Counted from the first letter of the stretch, positions 7,557-19,000 are shown. The stretch: 64,000 nt of DNA from Candidatus Latescibacterota bacterium (GCA_965219455.1 OZ244744.1:416001-480000); one strand, 5' to 3'. The notes: a model not told the origin generated them from the letters alone. A program made the numbers and translations.

Positions 7557-9220
7557 CCGGGAATCACCGGCAAACGCAGGTATGAAGCATATTGGCGGCT
7601 ATGATGGATCGTCTGGCGGGCGACCCGTACATCATCGTCCAGACCCGGGGTATTCCCCGTATTCAGGTTCCTGTCGAAACGCGGAAAGTTGCTGCTGGAA
7701 ACTTCCAACCTGATCCGATGGCCAGCCTTAAACGAATTACTGGTCTCCCATAGGACGATCCTGTATTCCACGACCGCCCCCGGGCGAATCAGACTCGGTC
7801 TGTGATACGACTCCCGGAATCTCGCCCGTACGATGCCCTCCGTAATGTGGATCGCCATGCCATCCGGATGTACGTCGACGAGGGTGGCCGTAAAATCCGT
7901 ATCCCGTGCATCCGATGCGGCAAACAGGGTGAGTTCCACCGGACCGGTCACTTCCACATCCGACGCCAACGCTTCCGTCGTATACACCAGTACATCCTCG
8001 CGACGTTCCACCGAACACCGATCCCTGGGACCCGTGTTGGCGGGAAACATACTCTGTCCGCCCATCGTCGGTACCGGATCCTCGGGATCGTAGTCGAACC
8101 GATCCGCGGGCTCGTCTCCCGGGCCTTCGCGAGTGAGTTCTCCGTCGCCGAGCAGCGAGCCGGCGCGGCCGCCGCTGTGCAGATAGTACGCTGTGTACTC
8201 CGTTCGCGCCAACGGCCACTCGTTTTCCCAGCGCCAGACATCTTCGCCCATCACGAAAATCCTGACGGGCGGTTCTTCGTCGATCCCGGTATCGATCCCG
8301 CGCAACCGTTGATCGTACCAGCGCAGGTGTTCACGGGGAATATCCACCACGGCGTCAGACCCGAAGTCAATATCTCCAAAGGGTTCCGCGCTCCCGATCT
8401 GCGAATGCGTCCAGGGACCCACCATCAGACGGCTCAATCGCCGGGTCCGGGCGTCGCCTGCGTCCATCCGCCATCCGCGAAAACACTTGAAGCCTTCGTG
8501 GACCAGATTGTCGTACCAGCCCGTCACGAAATAGGCCGGCGTTCTCACCTCCCTGTACCGGCCTTTCATGCTGTATGACGACCAGAACGCGTCGAATTCG
8601 TTGTGCCTGACCACCTCCCTGAAGAACGGCCGGTCCGCGATACCGTCCATGGCCGAAATCAACGGCAGCCGGCGGTAGATCCGGTCCCAGTCCAGCAGGT
8701 CCCGGGGCGCGTTCTGATTGGTCCGTTCGCCGAGCCAGATCCAGTTCATCGCATTCTGCAATTGGAGGACGCCGTTGTAACGCAGGTGCCCGTAGTTGTC
8801 CTCCTGATTCGCAATGGGCATCAGTCCCTTCACGAAGGGACTCCGATGCGGCGCCGGCAGAATTTGGGTGAATCCCGGGTAGGATATCCCGAACATCCCG
8901 ATATTCCCGTCGCACCACGCCTGCGCCCCGATCCATTGCTGCGTGTCATAGCCGTCCCGCGCCTCGTCCACGTACGCCCGCCACTTTCCCTCGGACTCAT
9001 AACGCCCCCGGCTGTCCACCATGATCACCGCGTATCCGGAACTCGAAAAACGCACGGCCCAATCCACATACCTGGGGTGCTGCGTACTGTAGGGCGACCG
9101 GATCAGCAGAACGGGAAACCGCTCTCCACGCGCGGGGCGATACGCCGCACCGTAAAGGTTCACCCCGTCTCTCATGGGGATTTTCAGGTCCAGTTGAATC
9201 CGAATGTCCGCAACCGACAT
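7553..9220 (-). CDS. CocE/NonD family serine hydrolase
   Basis: IPMRDGV.L, RSPY, RGRYESEG, G.SY nucleophile motif, GPWTH, SSNFPRFDRNLN. Confidence 0.92.
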   Translation of the reverse strand: MSVADIRIQLDLKIPMRDGVNLYGAAYRPARGERFPVLLIRSPYSTQHPRYVDWAVRFSSSGYAVIMVDSRGRYESEGKWRAYVDEARDGYDTQQWIGAQAWCDGNIGMFGISYPGFTQILPAPHRSPFVKGLMPIANQEDNYGHLRYNGVLQLQNAMNWIWLGERTNQNAPRDLLDWDRIYRRLPLISAMDGIADRPFFREVVRHNEFDAFWSSYSMKGRYREVRTPAYFVTGWYDNLVHEGFKCFRGWRMDAGDARTRRLSRLMVGPWTHSQIGSAEPFGDIDFGSDAVVDIPREHLRWYDQRLRGIDTGIDEEPPVRIFVMGEDVWRWENEWPLARTEYTAYYLHSGGRAGSLLGDGELTREGPGDEPADRFDYDPEDPVPTMGGQSMFPANTGPRDRCSVERREDVLVYTTEALASDVEVTGPVELTLFAASDARDTDFTATLVDVHPDGMAIHITEGIVRARFRESYHRPSLIRPGAVVEYRIVLWETSNSFKAGHRIRLEVSSSNFPRFDRNLNTGNTPGLDDDVRVARQTIHHSRQYASYLRLPVIPG

Positions 9221-9280
9221 TAGAGGTACCCGGTTTGAAGATTCCCGAACCGTTGAGTCCGGGTCCGCAATCGACCCGCG

Positions 9281-10720
9281 CTATGTCGCCAACCTGTCGA
9301 GTACGTTACGCGTGATGGTCGCGACCGCGCTGCGGTCCCTGTACAGCCCGTGCGCCCACTCGATGGTCGCGGCATTGAATACCGTACCCTCGAACTCCGT
9401 TTCATTTATGGCCACCGTGCCGTAGCACCTGGCTTCACCCTCTTTCCCGCCCTCCTTGACCAGACGGTGGCCGTCGGGCGTCATACATTCGGCAAGGGCC
9501 ACAATTCTATATTCCGGCGACACGCCATCCGTGCCGGTGTACTGCGGCCGTCCATTTTCGAATTTCAGGTCCGCCGCATCCGCCTCCACACCTACGATCG
9601 AGTCCTCCCTTCCGAATTCGTCCCCTTCTTCCAGCTCTGTACCCCCAAACACCCAGTGGTCCGCATCGCACACACGATAATATCCCCAATCTTCGGTCGT
9701 AGGGGCCAGGAACACATTCGGATCGGGTGTCTTTGTGTGGACAAACGACGTGTAGAACAAGCCGATGGTCCTCTGGCGCAAATCGTCCAGAAAACACAGA
9801 AACGACGTCTCCGGTCGCTCGGGGGTCGGATGGTCGTGATAATAGGGCTTCGCGCAATAGATCTGCCTGCCCTGATTTCTCAACTCGATCTCCTGGCAGA
9901 AACAATTCCCGCCGAAGAGAATCAAATTGCCCCCATCCTGAACGAAACGCTGCAGCTGTTCGCACTCGCTCCGGCTGTTGTATTCATCGTGACCGAAGCG
10001 CACATTCGCCCGGTAGTCTTTCAGAATATCGGGTTCCGCGTCGTGGTCGCCGTTCACACAATAATCGACGCGGTACCCTTCGGCATCCAGCCAGGACGTG
10101 AAAAACTGATCCCAGATATAGAAGTTACCCAGACATTCCATCTGAAGGGGGCGTTCGAAACTCAGTAGCTTGGCATGCTGCCGATCTGTGGAAATGTAGT
10201 CGTAGAAGCACTTGCCGCCCACGTTATTGTAGGCCTGGTAGGTATTTGTCGCAACCGTAAGCAACATCGGCGCTTCCGGAGACCTGGGCCGCACCACGAA
10301 GAAAATCTCCCGCAGCCCCTGTCCGGTGGGGAAGGTTGCAAGATAGATCCCGCTCGTCCAGGTATCCGGAACGACGAAAGACACCGTCGGCGCCCACCTG
10401 TATCCATCCTGATAGCCCAGCGCCGGAACCTCCTGAAGCGCCCCCCGGAGGCCCTCGATTGTCTTGACCAACTCCCGCCTGGCACCTTCACGGAAAAGGA
10501 AAATCTCGTAGTATGACCGCGAGTTTGAAATGTGAAACGTGATCTCGTCGCCGGGTCTCACGCTCTGCCGGTCCGCATAGCCGCCCTCCATCAACTTCCA
10601 GCTGATCGTCGCATCCCATTCATGATGCGCCCAGATATGTTCTCTCTTCATCGTGGATACCGCCTTTCTCCGAATGGCCTGATCGCCAGCGACCGCGTGG
10701 TTGTGGGTTGTCCTTGACAC
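9281..10720 (-). CDS. N,N-dimethylformamidase beta-subunit family protein
   Basis: EGY...SV.PGD.I.FH, W.SG.Y, TNTYQAYN..GG..FY, SFERP, GHDEY, GVEAD, VFNAATIEW; start could also be ATG 10651. Confidence 0.75.
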   Translation of the reverse strand: MSRTTHNHAVAGDQAIRRKAVSTMKREHIWAHHEWDATISWKLMEGGYADRQSVRPGDEITFHISNSRSYYEIFLFREGARRELVKTIEGLRGALQEVPALGYQDGYRWAPTVSFVVPDTWTSGIYLATFPTGQGLREIFFVVRPRSPEAPMLLTVATNTYQAYNNVGGKCFYDYISTDRQHAKLLSFERPLQMECLGNFYIWDQFFTSWLDAEGYRVDYCVNGDHDAEPDILKDYRANVRFGHDEYNSRSECEQLQRFVQDGGNLILFGGNCFCQEIELRNQGRQIYCAKPYYHDHPTPERPETSFLCFLDDLRQRTIGLFYTSFVHTKTPDPNVFLAPTTEDWGYYRVCDADHWVFGGTELEEGDEFGREDSIVGVEADAADLKFENGRPQYTGTDGVSPEYRIVALAECMTPDGHRLVKEGGKEGEARCYGTVAINETEFEGTVFNAATIEWAHGLYRDRSAVATITRNVLDRLAT

Positions 10721-10795
10721 AGGTATTCACTCATTCCCATATTGCCCATGCACTCGGGAATTTCAAATCGCCGCCAAGTACGGAAGGGGTCTCCA

Positions 10796-11581
10796 ATGAA
10801 GTCCATCCGACTGGATGTCCGGTATTACCACCTCACCAGGAAAGCCTCCGTTGAAGAAAAAGACTTCCATCTCAGGATCCTTCAGCATGAATACCCGGTG
10901 GACCGGGTCGCGCTGGTGCTCGTCGACGTGTGGAGCGACCACTTCGTATCCACGCATCTGCAGCGCGGCAGGAACATCACCATAGAACGTATTCTTCCCG
11001 TTGCCGACGCCTTCCGATCCGTCGGGGCCGCGGTGATTCACGCGCCCAGCCCCGACTGCGCCAAACGCTATGCGGCGTGGACCCGTTTCGCGGGCGATGA
11101 GGAAGTCTTCGGCCGTTCGTCCCCGCCCCGGGACGACTGGCCGCCCGCGGAATTCCGATCAGGAACGGGCGACTATGAAGAGTGGGCCCAGCCAAAGGAT
11201 CCGCACGACGAGGTCTTCGAAGACATCATCAAGAACCGCCGCATCATTCCCGAAGCCGAACCCCGCGCCGGTGACGACGTTATCGTAACCGGCGCCCAAC
11301 TGCACCGCCTCCTGAAATACAGGGGAATCCTGCACCTGTTCTACGCCGGCTTCGCCGCCAACATGTGCGTCCCCTTCCGGGACTACGGCATGCGGGCAAT
11401 GAAGGACCGCGGCTACGACATTGTCCTCATCAGGGACTGCACCACGGCTATTGAAGTCGCGGAAACCTCCGAGAACCTGGACCTGTCACGGGCGGCCGTA
11501 ATCGACACGGAAGTCAACATAGGATACACGACGTCCCACAGCGACCTGGTTGCGGCCTGCCGGCAGGCGCAGCGAACGTAA
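10796..11581 (+). CDS. Isochorismatase/cysteine hydrolase family protein
   Basis: ALVLVDVW, YAGFAANMCV, LIRDCT; ATG 10796 with AAGGGG RBS. Confidence 0.75.
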   Translation: MKSIRLDVRYYHLTRKASVEEKDFHLRILQHEYPVDRVALVLVDVWSDHFVSTHLQRGRNITIERILPVADAFRSVGAAVIHAPSPDCAKRYAAWTRFAGDEEVFGRSSPPRDDWPPAEFRSGTGDYEEWAQPKDPHDEVFEDIIKNRRIIPEAEPRAGDDVIVTGAQLHRLLKYRGILHLFYAGFAANMCVPFRDYGMRAMKDRGYDIVLIRDCTTAIEVAETSENLDLSRAAVIDTEVNIGYTTSHSDLVAACRQAQRT

Positions 11582-11628
11582 GCATCTCCGTGCTTAAGGG
11601 ACTCCTCCTTGGCGCGGTTCACAGCGAC

Positions 11629-12612
11629 CTACGACGGCCCCAGAACGAACCTCGCGGCGTGTTGAATCACCTCCACGCCCGATCCGGGCCTGTGTGCGTT
11701 CTCGCTCAGGTGCCGACGCCAGGCGCGGGCCCCGGGCATTCCCTGAAAGAGGCCCTGGATGTGCCGCGTCATGCCGACAAGCGGCATGCCCAGGCGCAAC
11801 TGATCTTCAACGTACTCGCAGAAACGATCCAGGATTTCCCGCCGAGCGGCCACGGGGCGGGTATCGCCGTAGAACAACTGATCCATCGAAGCCAGAAAAT
11901 AGGGATTCTGATAGGCCTCGCGTCCAATCATCACGCCATCCACATTTTCGAGGTGCCGACGCACCTGGTCGCGGGTCGTGATTCCTCCGTTCAGAATCAC
12001 CTCCAGGTCCGGGAAGTCCTGTTTCAGCCGATACACCACGTCGTATCGCAACGGTGGGATCTCCCGGTTCTGCTTTGGACTCAACCCCTGCAGCCAGGCC
12101 TTTCTGGCGTGAACGACGAACACCCGGCATCCGCCGCCGGAAACGGTCCGTACGAAGTGGACGAGGTCCGCGTATGATTCCCGGCCATCGATTCCAATCC
12201 TTGTCTTCACGGTTACCGGAATCCCAACCGCATTGCGCATCGCCGCCACGCACCGGGCGACCAGGTCAGGCTCCGCCATGAGGCACGCGCCGAACCGACC
12301 GGCCTGCACCCGGTCGCTCGGGCATCCCACGTTCAGATTGATCTCGTCGTACCGGAAGTCTTCGCCGATCCGGGCACAGCGTGCCAGCGCCGCCGGATCG
12401 CTTCCTCCCAGTTGAAGCGCCACCGGATGCTCCCGGCGATGGCGTTTCAGAAGCTGCTCGCGGCGACCTCGTAGGACGGCATCGGCCGTAATCATCTCGG
12501 TATAGAGCAGAATATGCCTGGAAAACAACCTCAGGAAATACCGTTCATGCCTGTCGGTCCAATCCATCATCGGCGCCACCGACAGGCGTCTGTTGACCGT
12601 TTTTTCCGCCAA
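11629..12612 (-). CDS. dusA: tRNA-dihydrouridine(20/20a) synthase
   Basis: SVAPMMDWTDRH, LQLGGS, NLNVGCPSDRVQ, HARKAWLQGLSPKQNREIPPLRY; start approximate. Confidence 0.95.
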   Translation of the reverse strand: MAEKTVNRRLSVAPMMDWTDRHERYFLRLFSRHILLYTEMITADAVLRGRREQLLKRHRREHPVALQLGGSDPAALARCARIGEDFRYDEINLNVGCPSDRVQAGRFGACLMAEPDLVARCVAAMRNAVGIPVTVKTRIGIDGRESYADLVHFVRTVSGGGCRVFVVHARKAWLQGLSPKQNREIPPLRYDVVYRLKQDFPDLEVILNGGITTRDQVRRHLENVDGVMIGREAYQNPYFLASMDQLFYGDTRPVAARREILDRFCEYVEDQLRLGMPLVGMTRHIQGLFQGMPGARAWRRHLSENAHRPGSGVEVIQHAARFVLGPS

Positions 12613-12701
12613 CGTCAAACTCCACAAAAATAGACGGACCGTGGGACCAGGAGTGCCGCCGCCGGTACCTGATCTCCGCCCGATTCCGGGAGACCCTTTC
12701 T

Positions 12702-13559
12702 ATGCGCGTTGAACGCCTGCCGAACAACCCCATCATCCGCCCGCACATGGACGCCCGGATGGGGGCCAACATCAACGGTCCATCGCTGGTCCGGGCTCCC
12801 GACTGGCTGCCGAACCCCATCGGGAAGTATTACCTCTATTTCGGCCACCATAGAGGCGAGTACATCCGCGTCGCCTATTCGGACCGTCTCTCCGGTCCGT
12901 GGACAACCTACGTGCCTGGCGTGCTGGACCTCAACGAAGCCTACACGACAGGTCATCTCGCCTCGCCGGACGTTCATGTCGACGACGAGAGTCGCACAAT
13001 CAGGATGTACTATCACGGCCCGGTACCGGACCGTGGCCAACAGTCCAAGGTCGCGCTGTCTTCCGACGGGATTAACTTCACAGCTCGTCCGGAAGATCTC
13101 GGCAATTCCTACTTCCGGGTCTTCCAGTGGCGGGGCGCAACGTACGCGTTGGGTATGCCCGGCATCTTCTATCGATCGTCGGATGGCCTCACGGATTTCC
13201 GGCAGGGTCCCGTGCTATTCTCCGAAGACCAGCGGCACGCCGCGCTGAAACTGGATGGCAACACGCTCTCGGTCTTCTATTCCAACGCCCACGACTGCCC
13301 CGAACGCATCCTGCGGTCCAGGATCGACCTGACGCCGGACTGGATGAATTGGCGGGCGTCAAAGGCTGAGGTTATCCTCGAACCCGAAACCGTCTACGAG
13401 GGCGCGGACCTTCCCCTGCAACCCTCCAGGCGCGGATGGTCCCCCGAGCGGGTGCGTCAGCTTCGGGATCCGGGGGTCTTCAAGGAGGGCCCCGACACCT
13501 ATCTCCTCTACTCTGTTGCCGGTGAATCCGGAATTGCCATTGCAAAGATAACGGAGTGA
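12702..13559 (+). CDS. Hypothetical protein, glycoside-hydrolase-like beta-propeller
   Basis: NPII, NINGPS, YYLYF.HH.G.YIR.AYSD..SGPW, HLASPDV, QLRDP.VF, LLYSVAGESGIA. Confidence 0.6.
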   Translation: MRVERLPNNPIIRPHMDARMGANINGPSLVRAPDWLPNPIGKYYLYFGHHRGEYIRVAYSDRLSGPWTTYVPGVLDLNEAYTTGHLASPDVHVDDESRTIRMYYHGPVPDRGQQSKVALSSDGINFTARPEDLGNSYFRVFQWRGATYALGMPGIFYRSSDGLTDFRQGPVLFSEDQRHAALKLDGNTLSVFYSNAHDCPERILRSRIDLTPDWMNWRASKAEVILEPETVYEGADLPLQPSRRGWSPERVRQLRDPGVFKEGPDTYLLYSVAGESGIAIAKITE

Positions 13560-13583
13560 CCGACGGCGTGCCACGAAAAACCG

Positions 13584-13626
13584 AGCGGCGGGATTTCACG
13601 CCTTGTTTGCGCAGAACCCCGCCGCT
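13584..13626. terminator. Hairpin between convergent genes
   Basis: AGCGGCGGG...CCCGCCGCT inverted repeat. Confidence 0.5.
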
Positions 13627-13660
13627 GTATTGCAAATATTCCGCATAAACACCGGTTCAG

Positions 13661-14806
13661 TTACCCGGCAACCGGCAGTCCCAGTTCTTCTGCATTCACA
13701 ATACTCGGACAAGCGTTGGGCGCCCCGTCGCTCAAAAACGGCAGTATATCGTCCTGGTCCGCCCACGTGGGAAAGCCCCTCAGAATGCCGGCCACGTTGC
13801 TGGCGGCGAGCGTCGCCATGCCTTCGCGGGTCCAACTCGTCGCCGACGCGATATGGGGAACAATCACCACGTTGTTCAACTCATTCAATCCGGGTTTCAT
13901 TTCCGGCTCGTCTTCGAAGACATCCAGCCCGACGCGGAAGTCGGGATTTTTTCTGCAGTGCGCCACGAGTGCGCTTTCGTCGATGACTGGACCCCGGCTG
14001 GCATTCACGAGAATCGCATCACGTTTCATCAGGTTCAGAGTTTCCTCGTTCATCAGATTGTGGGTCGTCGAATCGAGAAGCGGATGCAGGCTGACCACGT
14101 CGGCCTCGCGCAACACCTCGGCTACGGAATCCGCTCTGGTAACGCCAACAGGCTCTTCACCCTGCCCCTCCAGGAACGCGGCGTAATCCCGAATGTAGTT
14201 CTCGAGCCTTTCGTTGGGATAGGGATCGTAATAGATAAAGTTCATCTTGAACCCTTCGACCATCATGCGGGCATAGGTCGCGCCGATCCGCCCCGCGCCG
14301 ACCACGCCCACGGTCTTCCGGTTCAGCAACTGCCCCAGGAACAGGGTAGGCAGCCATCCCTCGTACCTGCCGCCTCGCATGTATTCGTCGGCCTCCACCA
14401 CGCGACGCGCAGCCGAGAACGTAAGCGCAATCGCCATCTCGGCCGTGGTCTCAGTCAACACGCCAGGCGTATTTCCCACCGGGATTCCATTCTGTGTTGC
14501 CGCATCCACATCCACATTGTTGAAACCCACCGCATAGTTGCTATACGCCTTGCCGCCGGCCGCTTTCAGTGCCGAGAATAGTGGTTGGCCCCAGTCTTCG
14601 GTAAGCTGTCCGATCACGGCGTCGCACCGATCGCCTATTGCCGCCTTGATTTCATTCACCTGTAATATCCGGATGGAGGTATTATATTCAACGCAACAGC
14701 CCGCCTGTTCCAGAATATTCAGCCAGCGGTCGCCAGGAAGCTCCTTGGTAACCACCACGCGCAGATTCCCCGAAGCATTGAACGTCGTCCACTCTTTAGC
14801 AGCCAA
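13661..14806 (-). CDS. Hydroxypyruvate reductase / D-glycerate dehydrogenase (plant HPR1-like)
   Basis: AVGFNNVD, NTPGVLTETTAE, GAGRIG, N.SRG, LDVFEDEP, PHIASA; TTG start with AAGGAGG. Confidence 0.9.
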   Translation of the reverse strand: MAAKEWTTFNASGNLRVVVTKELPGDRWLNILEQAGCCVEYNTSIRILQVNEIKAAIGDRCDAVIGQLTEDWGQPLFSALKAAGGKAYSNYAVGFNNVDVDAATQNGIPVGNTPGVLTETTAEMAIALTFSAARRVVEADEYMRGGRYEGWLPTLFLGQLLNRKTVGVVGAGRIGATYARMMVEGFKMNFIYYDPYPNERLENYIRDYAAFLEGQGEEPVGVTRADSVAEVLREADVVSLHPLLDSTTHNLMNEETLNLMKRDAILVNASRGPVIDESALVAHCRKNPDFRVGLDVFEDEPEMKPGLNELNNVVIVPHIASATSWTREGMATLAASNVAGILRGFPTWADQDDILPFLSDGAPNACPSIVNAEELGLPVAG

Positions 14807-14969
14807 AACACGCCCTCCTTGGAAATTGAAGATTGGGTACGATGCTGTCGGCACACCGTGGCTCCGACCGGACCCGTCTCAGAAATTTCGCTTGATTTCC
14901 CGTCGAATATACGCAATCGGGTGCGCCAATCCGCCAACACCGGCGCCTGCCGGCTTGTGACGGCAGGAC

Positions 14970-16049
14970 TCAATCAGCCCTGTAGTCCGGAACGTCAACC
15001 GGCACGCTTCCCTGTTGGGCGGACAGATGCGCGCACAGACCCGGTGTTGAGAAGTCAAGGGACCTGTAAACATCTATCGGCACCGTCCCACGGCCGTTGA
15101 CCGCCCGTACGAACCGGTCCACCATGAAATATTCCGACGTCCCGTGCCCGCCCGCCAGCGCCTCATCGGGCGCATCGGGATCCGAGTCTTCGGCAGGAAT
15201 TGTCACCATTGGCCCCTCGCCCGAACGGGAAATCTTGGCCTCTTCCCACGGCGCCCGTCTATTTTCCAGGGTACCTTCGGTGCCGTAGAAAACCTGCCAG
15301 TGCATCGCAGGCTCCCGGGTCACGGTAAATCCGCACAGGATCTTGATGACGCATCCCTTCTCCGTCCGAAACAACCCCACCTCCATGTCAATCGAGCCGA
15401 TCTCGGGCGCGGTATGCGTGCCGGTTGACATGCCCACCGCGGAGACACAACGGTCGTCAAGGATATCCAGCACCGGTCCCAGGCTGTGCGTACAATAGTA
15501 GATGGGCGGCATCGACGCCCGCCACGTCAGCTGTCCCCCCGGACCTCGCATCAGTTTCCGGCAATCGTGTATATACTCCGCTTCCGCGTAGAAAACACGC
15601 CCGATCGCACCCGACTGGATTTTCGTCTTCCAGTCTTGAACATAATGGTAAAAGTTCATATTCTCAGCCATCATGTAGACCCGTCCGGTGCGCCGAACGG
15701 CTTCCGCCAACGCCTCACATTCCTCCAGCGTCCAGGCTGCCGGCACCTCGCTCAGGACGTGCGCGCCGGCTTCCATTGCCCGAATGGATTGTACCGCATG
15801 CAGGGGCGCCGGAGTCGCCACGACAACCACGTCCAGGTCCGCCGATAGAAATGCGTCAAAATCCGCGTACGTCTGTCCGACACCGAAAGCCTCGGCCGCC
15901 TGTTCCCGCCGCTCCGCTTCCGGTTCGCAAATCGCCGCCAGTTGCGTTTCCCGATGGTTTTGAAACGTATTTGCAAGGCTTCGTCCACGCCTCAAACCGG
16001 CTACGCCGACCTTTAACATATTTCCGTCCGAGACAGGGCGAGGCGGCAT
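14970..16049 (-). CDS. Gfo/Idh/MocA family oxidoreductase
   Basis: KVGVAGL, VVVATP..LH, HVLSEVP, YMMAEN, EAEYIH, YCTHSLGP. Confidence 0.85.
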   Translation of the reverse strand: MPPRPVSDGNMLKVGVAGLRRGRSLANTFQNHRETQLAAICEPEAERREQAAEAFGVGQTYADFDAFLSADLDVVVVATPAPLHAVQSIRAMEAGAHVLSEVPAAWTLEECEALAEAVRRTGRVYMMAENMNFYHYVQDWKTKIQSGAIGRVFYAEAEYIHDCRKLMRGPGGQLTWRASMPPIYYCTHSLGPVLDILDDRCVSAVGMSTGTHTAPEIGSIDMEVGLFRTEKGCVIKILCGFTVTREPAMHWQVFYGTEGTLENRRAPWEEAKISRSGEGPMVTIPAEDSDPDAPDEALAGGHGTSEYFMVDRFVRAVNGRGTVPIDVYRSLDFSTPGLCAHLSAQQGSVPVDVPDYRAD

Positions 16050-16082
16050 CGAGAGACTGCCGGACCTCCGCCGACTTACGCA

Positions 16083-19000
16083 TTAGACCCGTTCAACGAC
16101 GGGCTCGATGGAAAGATAAGGTTCGGTAGACGGGAGATGTCCGTTGCCGTTCATCGTCGCCGCCGCGGCCTGATACGCGGCCTCGATTTTGGGACGGATC
16201 ACCTCGCGATAACCGCGCACCTCGTCCGGCATCCGGAACAAGCGTACGTAGTCCCCGTACCGCTCTTCATGATCGAATTCAAACCGATCCACAAACTCGA
16301 CATACCAATCGCGGTACGCCTTCTCCTCTTTATGCCACGCCGGCATCAGTTTGCGCAGGAACTTCATGCGTTTCATCAGCTTCAGCATCCAATCCCGGGT
16401 CGTCAGTTTGAGATAGACATTGAACCCGAGGATATTGAAATTGCCCCGGTTGAAGTGACGGTAGGCAATCCGGTCTCCGCGCTCGGCGCACACGTTGTAT
16501 CGTTCGCAATCGCGCCGGTATTTCTCTTCGCTTGTCAGCAGATGCGCAACGTACACTTCATCTTTGTAAGCCATCACGCGGGGCAGGTACCTGATGACCG
16601 CGCGGGTCGCCTCGTACCCCTCCTCCGGCCGGTCGTTTCCGTACATCTTCCGCACCCGTCGTACGTAAGACCTGGCATAGTCCGCGCCGTCCCACTGCAT
16701 CAGATCGTACACGCCCAGGGCAAACTGCAGGCAATCCTCTTCGTCAAGGGCCAACGGCTCCACCTCAGCCGCCAATTCAAGATAGACATCGCGCGCTTTC
16801 CTGCCCTTTCCGCGTTCGAGAATGCCAGCCTTGTCTTCGACCAATTCCATGTAGGAAAGCGAGCGCTTCTCCTCGGCGACGACGTCCGGGTCGATGGCGA
16901 TTTTGCGCCCGAGGTCAAACGCTTTCAAATTGGACTCAAGGTCGCTACGTTTGAGGTTGCGCTCCATTGACCATTTTATGTGTTCCAGTTCCAGCGGCAA
17001 CACGCCCCGCTGATAGGCAACCCCGAGAAGGATGCTGTTGGCATAGATCTTATTGCCCAGAAAACGCTCCGAGATCTCCCCGAGGTCCATCCCGAAAAAT
17101 CCCTCTGCATTCGTGTGTTGTTTCAGCACGTCCTCCAGTTCCGAGGTATCGAATTCGTCCTGTCCCGTAAGCGTCAGTACCGTATGCCGCTTCCCTGTTT
17201 CCACTACCGCGGTGGTATGTCTCGGGCTGGCGACACGGCCGTTTCCCATGGACTCCAGCCCGCGCACCGCCTCCAGGATATCCAGGCCAAGAAGCAGATC
17301 GGCATGGCCGTAGGGGGTGATTTGAGATATAACGCGGTCGCCCTTTGCAAAACTTACATGGGAATACACAGCCCCATTTCGGATGGCCAACCCCTTTTTG
17401 TTGGTAAATCGAACGGCATAACCCTGCCGGGCGCCGGCCACGGAGAGAATCGCGGCGATGGTATTGATGCCCATGCCCCCCACCCCGGCAATGTACGCGT
17501 ACCACGTGGCGTCGAATGCCTTCACTTCGGGCGCAGGCAAGTTTGAAAGGTCGATTGCTTCCGTCTGCCTCTGCGCGGGCCCGGTGCGCTTTACAATGAC
17601 CTCCTCAAACGACGGGCAGGTGCCATCCCCATTGGAAACGGTCACCCTGGTACACGCTCCGTCCGCCACACACAGAGAAAGATCCGTGGCGATCTTGGGC
17701 CCGTGCAACGTCTGCTCAACCGTCAATCCGCTGCAACCGGTTGCCCGCGTGCATTCCAGGCAATATTCGCAGACCTCCGGCGTAATGTTGATATGCCGCT
17801 CCTCGGGCAGGTATCCCCTATCCTGAACGACCTCGTTCTGCGTCGCGCGCTGCCGGCGGTGGAATGTTATTCCGCACTCCTTGTCCGCAATGACAATCTT
17901 CACGCCATCCTTCAACAGCGCGCGCTCCAGTGTCTGCCGGTAGGACGTCCGTTCCGCTGGATTCATCCGCGCGACAAACACGCAATCTCCGGTGCCTGCC
18001 ATGCCCCGCACAACCTGTTCGATATCCTGGGCAAATGTCGGCTTGCCCAGAATATCCACGTCTACACCCGGCGTGGGCTGGTGCCCCGTCATTGCCGTTG
18101 TTTTATTGTCCAGAATGACGTAGGTAATGTCCTGACCGTGTTTTATCGAATCGGAGATCGCCGCCATTCCGCTGTGAAAAAAGGTCGAGTCTCCCATAAA
18201 GACAAGCTGCTTGTTGTCGATATACGGATCGATACCGGCTCCTGTGCCCCCGCCCAACCCCATCCCGGACAAATTGTGCATCAGCCGGTCGAATGGTTTG
18301 TATTTCAATAGGGAATAACAGCCGATATCTCCATGAAACACCAGGTCGGCCGGGTCTCTCTGGTGGTTTTTCTGCATATAGTCCGTACTGCTGAAATCGT
18401 CGACTACCCGATTCAACACACTGGCGGAATCCCGATGCGGGCAACCGGGGCAGAAGGAAGGGGTGCGAACCGCCGCCTGCACCAGGTAGTTGGCCGTCTC
18501 GTCAACGAGATCGACCTCCCGCACAATCCGATCCCGGTCGATGGGCACTGTGGGATCGTTCAGGCCCAGCAACACGGGAGCCAACGCCTTGAGCAGAATG
18601 GATGGATTCATACCCTTGCTGTCCGGGAAGCCCGGTTGACCGTTTGGAAAGCGCTTTCCCCAGATTCGGAACGGGCCGATCTCTCCATCCTGATGCAATC
18701 CCTGCAACGCGGCCGTGACCTGCCCTTCCAGAAACCCGCGCTTCTCTTCCACCACATATATCTCGTCGACAATGGCCACGAAAGCCTTCAGTATCTCAGG
18801 ATCTACGGGATACGTCAGCCCATATTTCAAAATTGGAATGCTGCCCTCCAGCCCCACCATATTCATCACATGCTCAAGGTAGCAATAGGCGAGACTGGAA
18901 CTGATGAATCCAACCCGCTTTTTCCCGGAAGCAGGCGGATACAGAATACGGTTCAGATTGTATTCGCGGGCATATTCGAGCAACTCCGGCATCCGTCGAT

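Noticed and set aside
3961-7604. Long plus-strand ORFs (657 aa and 520 aa)
   Set aside because: Antisense shadows of hydantoinase B and A in GC-rich DNA; no recognisable motifs.
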